Positions 24,872-32,000 of a stretch of 32,000 nucleotides of DNA are shown in pieces. This stretch comes from Candidatus Woesearchaeota archaeon (GTDB lineage Archaea > Nanobdellota > Nanobdellia > Woesearchaeales > ARS49): positions 1,783-33,782 of the forward strand of contig JAGVZE010000017.1 of NCBI GenBank assembly GCA_018302815.1, in the 5' to 3' direction. Below the pieces are notes generated by a model that worked only from the letters and a program-made list of their open reading frames with translations, searched no databases and was not told the origin of the DNA. A program made the translations under genes and the position numbers. The stretch's first letter is position 1, and each line of letters starts with the position of its first letter.

Positions 24872-25861
24872 TTATTTCCAGAGTTCACTTATTTTTTTAG
24901 CCTTAAGCAATTTGGATAATTTCGTAAATCTTGGAGATTGCGGCGCCATTCCTTTTACGCCTTTATCCAACTCTATCGGGCTGACTGTTTTCTTATTTTT
25001 CAAATACAAGATGAATTTTCCTGAATCTTTATACGTGTCGATTCGTTCTATTTCGGCATAATTTCTTATCGCTGCAACTGGCGATTTTTCATACATTGCT
25101 AGATATCTTATTTGTTCGCGAGCCCTTTGTGATAGTCTGATTGCCCACCATGCATTCTTTTCAACGTATGCATGTTTAAACCCGTCTTCAAATGCCGGAC
25201 ACACGATGGTATCGATCTCTTCAATATCTGACTCTTTAGACTTTGTTTTTTTACCGTCGAATTCCTGCAATTCTTCTCTCATGGGTTCGTAAAAGTATGC
25301 AATATCTGTCTTGTTTACGTATCGTTTCAGTGTGACAACGTCAGGTCGTTCTCTAAATACGTCAAGTGCGTCATTCAGATCGGTGGTGGCTTCATCAATT
25401 ACCAAAACAATCTTTATCTTATTTTCAGTTAGAAAAATCATTAACTCATCAATATTCTTAAAATCAGTATTTTTAAGATATTTCTCTATTTCTTTAGAAA
25501 GTGCAGTATTTGATTTAATAACTTCAAGCAATTTAGTTCTAATTTGATTCTGAGACGTTCTTGTGATAGTTGTGAATCTTACCAACTGCTCAGAAATATG
25601 GTTGTAAACATCATGTGTTGACAACTCATTCTCAACAAAATACAGTCGAGGCTGCTTATTACTCGTAAAATCAATCAAATACCCATCAGGCACGCCTTTG
25701 TTATATGATTCAGACTTTCCAAAGCGCTTCTTAATATCAATATAAACAACATCGTTTCCGAACAAATATTTGCAATTTTCAATAACTGCCTTCTCAAACA
25801 CTTCTTCAGTCTCAAAATCCAGTAAACTGTATTTCTTCCCGCTGATAAGAATGTTAGTCAT
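24872..25861 (-). CDS. PD-(D/E)XK-like nuclease-fold protein with uncharacterised C-terminal domain (329 aa)
   Basis: VPDGYLIDF...LYFVENELSTHD...ISEQLVRF (D / ExE / QxxxF pattern). The C-terminal YLAMYEKSPVAAIRNYAEIERID...GKFILYL is a recurring module I cannot name. Its stop lies 2 nt before the downstream ATG, so the genes are coupled. TATA lies about 28 nt upstream of the ATG. Confidence 0.6.
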   Translation of the reverse strand: MTNILISGKKYSLLDFETEEVFEKAVIENCKYLFGNDVVYIDIKKRFGKSESYNKGVPDGYLIDFTSNKQPRLYFVENELSTHDVYNHISEQLVRFTTITRTSQNQIRTKLLEVIKSNTALSKEIEKYLKNTDFKNIDELMIFLTENKIKIVLVIDEATTDLNDALDVFRERPDVVTLKRYVNKTDIAYFYEPMREELQEFDGKKTKSKESDIEEIDTIVCPAFEDGFKHAYVEKNAWWAIRLSQRAREQIRYLAMYEKSPVAAIRNYAEIERIDTYKDSGKFILYLKNKKTVSPIELDKGVKGMAPQSPRFTKLSKLLKAKKISELWK

Positions 25862-25999
25862 GCTTTATCACTGGGAAGAGAGGGATATAAATGTTTTGTA
25901 GTGTTGTGTGCAATGCTACTGGAGGGATATCCTAATTTAAAGAATGGCAGTATTCTAATAGTTAACTGATTTTAGGTAGAAATACATAAAAAGGACTGG

Positions 26000-28726
26000 G
26001 TGAACCATTCAGATATGGACATTGTTGCTGCGCGTCAAGCCCTTCAAAAACTGGTTGATGAGTATAATAAGAAATTCAAAGATGATAAAAGTCTTCTGAG
26101 TAATGAAAAACAGATTTGTGCGAGTTTAATCCTTCCGCTTGTTGAAGCAGTTCTTCATTGGAATACTAAAGATGTTTCAGAATTTAGACTTGAAGAACAA
26201 AGAGCAGGAAAACGTCCTGACTATCTGGTCTATTATCAAGGCATGACGCAATTCATTGTTGAAGCGAAAGCCGCTACGAAAGATTTGTTCGAAGATGAAG
26301 CAGCATTAACGCAAGCACTTGAGTATGGATATAATGCGGATAAAGAATTCGTTATTTTAACAAATTTTAGACAAATTGTAATTTTAGCCCCTAAAATACA
26401 GTATCGGAATGTGCATGAAGCAGCTATTGCACGAATCAATCTTTTAACTGTAAGTGATGATGACTTGAAAACGTTATTGTGTTTTGAACGAGAATACTGG
26501 ATTTCAGCAGCTAAAGATAATCTTCTTTATTCAAAACTCGTTCATCATAAAAAATCTGTTCCTGTTGATGATCGCCTTTTGGATGATATGAAAAATTGGC
26601 GAGAAATGTTACTCACCAATATTCAAAAGAAAAATCTTAAATTAAATTTTGATGATGAACAGGACTTTGCAGAAATTGAGAAAGAAGTTCAAAAAATAAT
26701 AGATAGGTTGGTTTTCATTTGTTGTTGTGAAGATAAAGGAATTCACCATGAGCCAACTTTAAAACGATTGCTTAATGAGAAACAGACTCGTTATTCGATG
26801 ACTCTGGGCTGGTTATTGGAATCTATTCATGGACTTTTCGCAAAATATCGAAAAGTGCCTGATAGCGATCTTTTTGATATGAGTCCGGCTGATAAATACA
26901 TAATCGAAGATACAAAACTAATGGACTTATTGACTGATCTACGCGAACCGAAAGGCCGACCAGCATACAATTTTGATGAAATCGATGAAGACATTCTTGG
27001 CAAAGTTTATGAAAATTTTATCGGGCATGTTCAGACTGGAAAGAAGCGCTTCAAGGAAAAAGAAGATATTGGAAAACGAAAGAAGGAGGGCATTTATTAC
27101 ACGCCAAAATACATTGTTGAATACATAGTGAATAACACTGTTCGTGACTATATTAAAGGAAAATCATTTGAAGAAATTCTGAAAGTGAAAATTCTTGATC
27201 CCGCGTGCGGGTCGGGAAGCTTTCTTTTAAGGGCGTTTAATGTACTAATTGAAGAAGCTGCAAAAGCACTAAAACGGCCCTTGGAATATGCGGAGAAAAA
27301 GGACTTGCTTCTAAATTGTATATACGGAGTCGATCTTGATGAACGAGCCGTTGAGATTACCAAGTTAACATTTTCATTGAAACTGGCGCAGATTTCAGAA
27401 GGACTTCCAGTACTTGCGGATAATATTCGACACGGAAATAGTTTGATTGATGATAAAGAAGTGGCGGGCGATTATCTGGCGTTTAAATGGGAAGATGAGT
27501 TCAAGGAAATAATGACTGGTGGAGGGTTTAACATCGTGATTGGGAATCCGCCGTACGGTGTTGCATTCAAACTGGAGGAGAAAAAATATTTTGAACTGCA
27601 TTATTCATATGTGAAATCAGTTTATGAAAGTTATCGTTTATTTTTAGAGCGAGTCGCCGCGTTGGTTAAAGAAGAATCACTAGTTGGGTTAATTATACCA
27701 AACACTTGGTTTTATTTGACAAATGCACAACACATTAGAGTAGAACTGTTATCAAAATTTTCAATACTTAAATTAATTAACCTTCCTCAGAGCGTTTTTG
27801 AAGATGCAACTGTTGACACATGCATTATAATTTTTACGAAAAAGATCATCAATAACAATCAAATAGGGGCATATTTCTTCCCCCATAAAGATAAAATTAA
27901 CAATCTGAGCAATCTAAATTATGTGGCAGTCAAGCAAAAAGATTTGTTAGATTCTCCTGGAAGCGTAATTAATCTGAAACTGAATGTGGATGATGTTCAA
28001 TTAATTGCCAAGATAAAAAAACAACCAGTAGTCCTAAATGATTACGTTGAAATCATCACTGGTATTAAACCGTATCAAGTGGGCAAGGGAAACCCCTCGC
28101 AAACAAAAAGAATAGTTGACGAAAAACCATTTACTGCACTTACCAAATTAGATCAGACATTCAAGCCTTGGCTCACTGGTAAATTCATTTATCGATATGG
28201 CGTTTCCAAAAATAAAGAATATATTAGTTACGGAAAATGGCTTGCAGAGCCAAAAACGCCAAATATTTTTGAACGTGATAGAATTGTTCTGCAGCAAATC
28301 AGAAATCCTTCCTTACCTAGAAGAATTGTGGCAACATTCATTCGGGGTGGAATATACACGAACAACGGAATCCATAATTTACTTCCAAAAGATAAAGTTA
28401 AGACTTTTTGGATTCTTGGTATCCTTAATTCCAAATTAATGAATTTTTATTTTTCTGCTCACTATAATGATGTAAATATAAAACCCTCCAATCTCTATAA
28501 TTTACCTTATCCGATATATTCTTCTGAGTCAAAAATAAGTGAATTAGTGGGCAGGATTTTGGAGTTGAACGAAAAATTGAAGAACATTAAAGAAAAAAAT
28601 ACCGATGAAAGTAACAAGATACAAAATGAAATTCAAAAAATAGATGGGATGATTGATAACGAAGTTTTCAAGCTGTTTAACCTTTCTGATACGGAAATCA
28701 ATATAGTTCAACAGAATAACGTTTAA
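26000..28726 (+). CDS. Type IIG restriction-modification enzyme (MmeI/Eco57I-like fusion of endonuclease, gamma-class N6-adenine methyltransferase and TRD)
   Basis: N-terminal nuclease RPDYLVY...FIVEAK, motif I ILDPACGSGSFLL, motif IV VIGNPPYG, and a long C-terminal specificity region. GTG 26000 or ATG 26015. Confidence 0.9.
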   Translation: MNHSDMDIVAARQALQKLVDEYNKKFKDDKSLLSNEKQICASLILPLVEAVLHWNTKDVSEFRLEEQRAGKRPDYLVYYQGMTQFIVEAKAATKDLFEDEAALTQALEYGYNADKEFVILTNFRQIVILAPKIQYRNVHEAAIARINLLTVSDDDLKTLLCFEREYWISAAKDNLLYSKLVHHKKSVPVDDRLLDDMKNWREMLLTNIQKKNLKLNFDDEQDFAEIEKEVQKIIDRLVFICCCEDKGIHHEPTLKRLLNEKQTRYSMTLGWLLESIHGLFAKYRKVPDSDLFDMSPADKYIIEDTKLMDLLTDLREPKGRPAYNFDEIDEDILGKVYENFIGHVQTGKKRFKEKEDIGKRKKEGIYYTPKYIVEYIVNNTVRDYIKGKSFEEILKVKILDPACGSGSFLLRAFNVLIEEAAKALKRPLEYAEKKDLLLNCIYGVDLDERAVEITKLTFSLKLAQISEGLPVLADNIRHGNSLIDDKEVAGDYLAFKWEDEFKEIMTGGGFNIVIGNPPYGVAFKLEEKKYFELHYSYVKSVYESYRLFLERVAALVKEESLVGLIIPNTWFYLTNAQHIRVELLSKFSILKLINLPQSVFEDATVDTCIIIFTKKIINNNQIGAYFFPHKDKINNLSNLNYVAVKQKDLLDSPGSVINLKLNVDDVQLIAKIKKQPVVLNDYVEIITGIKPYQVGKGNPSQTKRIVDEKPFTALTKLDQTFKPWLTGKFIYRYGVSKNKEYISYGKWLAEPKTPNIFERDRIVLQQIRNPSLPRRIVATFIRGGIYTNNGIHNLLPKDKVKTFWILGILNSKLMNFYFSAHYNDVNIKPSNLYNLPYPIYSSESKISELVGRILELNEKLKNIKEKNTDESNKIQNEIQKIDGMIDNEVFKLFNLSDTEINIVQQNNV

Positions 28727-29007
28727 TAATTATTCAGTGTGATTTTCTCATTATTTACTTTCCAAGTTGGATCAAATGATGTTAAGTCGATTTTCGTTTG
28801 ATAACATTCCGCTGTTTTTGAACTAAAATCAACAATAATGCTACCTGATTTGAAATTGTCCGACATTTCAACTGGTCCCGCGAGACGATGGATGCGGTCA
28901 AGTTCGCTTCGGCTAAGTCGATCTCTTAAGAGATTCTTAACTACATAAACTGGCACTCTTAGAACCTTGTAGCTAGTCCCCTCTTTTATGAACAATTGGA
29001 TGTCCAT
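28723..29007 (-). CDS. Hypothetical protein (94 aa)
   Basis: ORF convergent with the RM gene, with a 4-nt overlap. No motif. Confidence 0.45.
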   Translation of the reverse strand: MDIQLFIKEGTSYKVLRVPVYVVKNLLRDRLSRSELDRIHRLAGPVEMSDNFKSGSIIVDFSSKTAECYQTKIDLTSFDPTWKVNNEKITLNNY

Positions 29008-29159
29008 GTGTTGGAGTGGTCATCTGTTGTTTTTATAGTTTGCGGAACTGCTTTTGGTGTGCCAATTAGATTGGTTAGTCTGGAATTCAGTTTACATTTT
29101 TGAGGATTTCTTAACTTTGACTAATTGAAACTTGGGCTCATCCCTTCTCCTCGTCACGT

Positions 29160-30128
29160 TCACTCCTCTTCCTTCCCAAACCCGTTCGCACTATCGTTTT
29201 TAGTCGTACAAACATTTTTCTCATTGAAACTTTTCTTGAAGTTTGCAATGTTCTCAGTTATGGTTTTAGCATGAACAAATCCTAATGAGTCATATCGAAT
29301 TTTAGCAGCGTTAGAAGCTGAATCAATTCCCATGTGGAACGATTCTCGTTCCCCTTCACTTACTCCTTCTCTATCATCAATAATACACTTAATCGCCATC
29401 TTATACTCAGAACACTTATTCGCAACAGGCTGTATCAAGCCAGTAACGCTATCACAATAGCTCTGAACGCTTTTACCAAGTTTCAAAAGCCAATTAGCAT
29501 AGTACGCATCAGCAGGCACACTCTCACCAACTTCAAAAGGAGTGTTCTGTTCATCAGTTAGCTTAAAACAAGAAGCAGAAGCGGTTATCTTACTAGTAGG
29601 TGAAACTGTAGGAAGCGCATCGATTTTCTGATGCAAATACGTTTTAGACTGAACCACCTGATTCCAATTAGGTATGATTAACGCCTTGCACTCATCAGCC
29701 CTTTTCTGAAGCGAACCCAAATACGCAGTTATCGGTTTACCTTTAAGCGCGCAGTCCCCTTTCTTGAGGTCGAACGGAGCCTTCAAAGGCTTTTTCGCAA
29801 AGGTTTTCACAACAGGGCAAACAATCTCACCTGCCAGAAGCTTCACTGGCGTTACGGTCAGTTTGCTATTAATAGAAACGCACCCCTTCTTAGAGCAAAT
29901 CTGTGACTTAGTGCACGTTTGAGCACGAAGCCACATGCCTGCCTTGCAAAGCTGGAACGTGTTATCTTCACACCTACTAACACCTGATTGGCAAACAGGA
30001 CGAACAGCAACAGTGAGTGGAACGCTTACGTTCAGGAGAGGGGTGATACGCGTAATCGTACGCTCGGCAGTACGTTCAGCCAAAACAAAAGGAATTGAGA
30101 TCAAAAGCATCAAAATCAAGTATTTCAT
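29160..30128 (-). CDS. Secreted Cys-containing hypothetical protein
   Basis: Signal peptide MKYLILMLLISIPFVLA. ATG 30128 is preferred because TTAAATAC lies about 24 nt upstream. About 14 Cys in the mature part. Confidence 0.6.
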   Translation of the reverse strand: MKYLILMLLISIPFVLAERTAERTITRITPLLNVSVPLTVAVRPVCQSGVSRCEDNTFQLCKAGMWLRAQTCTKSQICSKKGCVSINSKLTVTPVKLLAGEIVCPVVKTFAKKPLKAPFDLKKGDCALKGKPITAYLGSLQKRADECKALIIPNWNQVVQSKTYLHQKIDALPTVSPTSKITASASCFKLTDEQNTPFEVGESVPADAYYANWLLKLGKSVQSYCDSVTGLIQPVANKCSEYKMAIKCIIDDREGVSEGERESFHMGIDSASNAAKIRYDSLGFVHAKTITENIANFKKSFNEKNVCTTKNDSANGFGKEEE

Positions 30129-30215
30129 AAAACAACACAAAGATAAGAAGTATTTAACCATTATTCACGCGAGCAGAGTAGCTTGAGCTTTGATTCAATC
30201 GCCTTTTTTAGCGCG

Positions 30216-30338
30216 TTAATGTAAAGGTTCATTTTGGAGCTCGATTTCAACGCTATTGCCCGAAATGCAACTTCGGATGTAGTCAGACATGGTCTTTCTT
30301 TTCTGCACTATCATCTTTGATTTTGAGATACAAACCAT
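30216..30338 (-). CDS. Possible RHH-type mini-ORF (40 aa)
   Basis: MVCISKSKMIVQKRKTMSDYIRSCISGNSVEIELQNEPLH. The segment MSDYIRSCI resembles RHH helix 2. It is below the track threshold and was translated by hand. Confidence 0.3.
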   Translation of the reverse strand: MVCISKSKMIVQKRKTMSDYIRSCISGNSVEIELQNEPLH

Positions 30339-30366
30339 TTTAAATTCTCACGTGCTCAATTGTCCT

Positions 30367-30684
30367 ATGTTCACCATCATCTGAACTGACACCTATCTGG
30401 AAGAACTTTCTCGTTGGACCAAAGCGGACAGAGAGATCGCAGAAAAGATTCCCAAGCAGTTGAGAGAAAATCCTTTTGCCGGTGATGCCCTGAATTATAG
30501 ATTCCTGCGCGAAAAGAGAGTCCATGAGAAAAGAGTTTACTGCTTGATTTATGAAGACTTGAAGCTTGTCTTACTGGCAGCAACAAGCGGCAAAAAGGAC
30601 CAACAAGCAACTATTGACCACATCAAGAAAAGTCTGGATGCATTCAGAAGAGAAGCAGAAAAAATAGTTAAGCAAGCCGCTTGA
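30367..30684 (+). pseudogene. RelE/ParE-family toxin interrupted by an in-frame TGA at codon 6
   Basis: ATG TTC ACC ATC ATC TGA (30382-30384), then TDTYLEELSRWTKADREIAEKIPKQLRENPFAGDAL...KRVYCLIYEDLKLVLLAATSGKKDQ. TTTTAAAT at 30338-30345 lies about 24 nt upstream of the ATG. Confidence 0.55.
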
Positions 30685-30802
30685 AACGACCCTTTCTTAA
30701 ATCCTCGAGGCTGTTTGCGAACTGGCGTATCAGATCAAAATCCAATTCTTCCAGCTTCTTCAAACGCTGATACTCATGCTTTGGAATAGTTATGAGTTCC
30801 AT
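30668..30802 (-). CDS. Small ORF (44 aa), antitoxin-like, convergent with and overlapping the toxin 3' end
   Basis: MELITIPKHEYQRLKKLEELDFDLIRQFANSLEDLRKGRFKRLA. TTTATAAG lies about 28 nt upstream. It overlaps the RelE-like ORF by 17 nt. Confidence 0.35.
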   Translation of the reverse strand: MELITIPKHEYQRLKKLEELDFDLIRQFANSLEDLRKGRFKRLA

Positions 30803-30895
30803 AATTACCATAATAGGTTCAAAACTTATAAACCTTTGCTGAAATTTAGGCCCAGACTGGGCCCAAATCCGAGGGCTCACAACTTAGTTTTCGAA

Positions 30896-30945
30896 GCCAA
30901 GAAAACGCCATTGCGTTTTCTGGCATCCAAAAATCTCGGATTTTT
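30896..30945 (-). terminator. Two adjacent hairpins downstream of the Cys-rich gene
   Basis: GCCAAGAAAACGC-CATT-GCGTTTTCTGGC (30896-30924) and AAAAATC-TCG-GATTTTT (30929-30945). T runs are present on both strands. Confidence 0.5.
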
Positions 30946-31108
30946 AGAGCTTCAGGCGGGAGACAGAACGTTGGTATGGTTCCTTCACATGACCTATGAA
31001 GGCGAGCTTCCAATGATATTAGAGAAAGTGTTGAAATATATTATTGTCTCATGCTTGAAACAATGCATGATTTGAACAAGCGAGGCTTTTCTAAGGTTGC
31101 TCAGTTTT

Positions 31109-32000
31109 TCAATGGCAAGACATCGCGCACGCAGGATCGGTGGTCTGGTAGGGATTGCATTGCTGGCACGTTGACCATCCCGCAAAACCGCAACTATAAC
31201 TGTAGCAATTCTGAACGGTAGTGGTGCACGCGTTTATACAATCCTGATGTGATGTACAGATGCCATTCGAACAACTTTGTGAATAGCACTGAGACCACGA
31301 GTAACAAGATTGACCATTCTGATTCAGGCAACCCTCATCTGTTTGGCCGTTGCAATTGTCGTCGATATTATTGCCACATACGTCTTGCACAGAATATGCC
31401 TGTCCAGGAGTGCAGCCTTGCGGAACTCCATTTATACAACTCTGAACAGTATGCAGACACACACCAAGACCGCAGGATATCGTTCCTGGAGTGCAGGGTG
31501 GCGGGGGGCAACCCTCATCTGTTTGGCCGTTGCAATTGTCGTCGATATTATTACCACACATTTCAGGAATAGGAGTTCCCGGAGTCGCAGAACACGGACC
31601 TGGGGCACCGAGCACGCCATTCACACAGTGTCGTATCTGTATGCCTGTGTTAGCACATCGACCAACACCAACACTACATTGTACTGGCACAGGAGTGCAC
31701 GCAGGAACGCACGCTTGTACACACGCGGGATTCGTGGTTTGGTAGGGGTTGCAGCTTTGGCACGTTGACTGTCCAAACCACCCGCAGCTATAGCTGTAGC
31801 AGTTCTGGACTGTAGTGGTGCATGCGTTGACGCAGTCTTGATAGGGTGCACAGACGTTGCTCACGCAGTTTTGGGACTGGCAGCCGGATCCGGACGCGCA
31901 GGCATTGCCGTTTGGCTGGTTCACACAGCCGTCTTCGTATTGGCCATTACAGTCGTCATCAATATTATTGCCGCAGATTTCAGGAACAGGAGTTCCCGGA
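31109..32000 (-). CDS. Cys-rich repeat protein with CGNNIDDNCNGQTDEGC motifs (5'-truncated by the window edge)
   Basis: The frame stays open to position 32000. The track start at 31924 is an internal GTG. There are three copies of C-G-N-N-I-D-D-[ND]-C-N-G-Q-x-[DE]-[DE]-G-C and duplicated QDC[VI]NACTTTVQNCYSYSCG modules. Confidence 0.8.
   Translation of the reverse strand, partial: PGTPVPEICGNNIDDDCNGQYEDGCVNQPNGNACASGSGCQSQNCVSNVCAPYQDCVNACTTTVQNCYSYSCGWFGQSTCQSCNPYQTTNPACVQACVPACTPVPVQCSVGVGRCANTGIQIRHCVNGVLGAPGPCSATPGTPIPEMCGNNIDDNCNGQTDEGCPPPPCTPGTISCGLGVCLHTVQSCINGVPQGCTPGQAYSVQDVCGNNIDDNCNGQTDEGCLNQNGQSCYSWSQCYSQSCSNGICTSHQDCINACTTTVQNCYSYSCGFAGWSTCQQCNPYQTTDPACAMSCH
31327..31552. repeat. 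Exact 46-nt intragenic direct repeat, 180 bp apart
   Basis: GGCAACCCTCATCTGTTTGGCCGTTGCAATTGTCGTCGATATTATT occurs at 31327-31372 and 31507-31552. A diverged third copy lies at about 31925-31975. Confidence 0.85.

Noticed and set aside
30382-30384. Genome-wide TGA recoding (Trp/Gly) to rescue the RelE-like ORF
   Set aside because: TGA terminates other credible ORFs here, for example the 62-aa gene at 1709-1711 overlapping the nth start, and the mini-ORF at 23160-23162. A point nonsense mutation is the simpler explanation.

Overview
The window reads as a fragment of a small-genome, DPANN-like archaeon. The tRNAs have archaeal-style D and T loops and no encoded CCA. TTTATATA/TTTAAATA boxes sit about 22-28 nt upstream of many start codons, which implies leaderless mRNAs. 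A minority of genes have GGAGG Shine-Dalgarno sites, and gene packing is dense on both strands. Several cargo genes look bacterial: GGDEF, a PagL-like beta-barrel, and lipobox lipoproteins.

Layout by coordinate:
- 1-5.5 kb: Hanks-type kinase, endonuclease III, a free-standing LAGLIDADG endonuclease running into tRNA-Ala(GGC), a DUF218 protein, and a lipoate-protein ligase-like gene.
- 5.5-12.3 kb: a metal/ion block containing a VIT1 transporter, CopA P-type ATPase, a GGDEF protein, a CaCA exchanger, and a His/acid-rich YVTN beta-propeller lipoprotein.
- 12.3-12.8 kb: an unusual mosaic of tRNA-Leu pieces around one intact tRNA-Leu(UAA).
- 13-19.9 kb: PadR with two palindromic operators, a PagL-like gene divergent from an alpha/beta hydrolase, a DEAD-box helicase, a J-domain protein, and a Dus-like gene.
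- 20-22.3 kb: a 760-aa modular Cys-rich secreted protein, preceded by an 8-nt periodic GGACGG tract.
- 22.5-30.9 kb: a visibly AT-richer accessory/defence island. It holds an RHH protein, mini-ORFs, a translationally coupled PD-(D/E)XK protein plus a Cas4-like/DEDD-exonuclease (DUF2779-type) fusion, a type IIG restriction-modification enzyme, a secreted Cys protein, and a nonsense-interrupted RelE/ParE toxin.
- 31.1-32 kb: a second Cys-rich repeat protein, cut by the window edge.

No CRISPR array, rRNA or recognisable transposase was seen. All family assignments come from motifs read by eye in the translations. Nothing was searched against a database.
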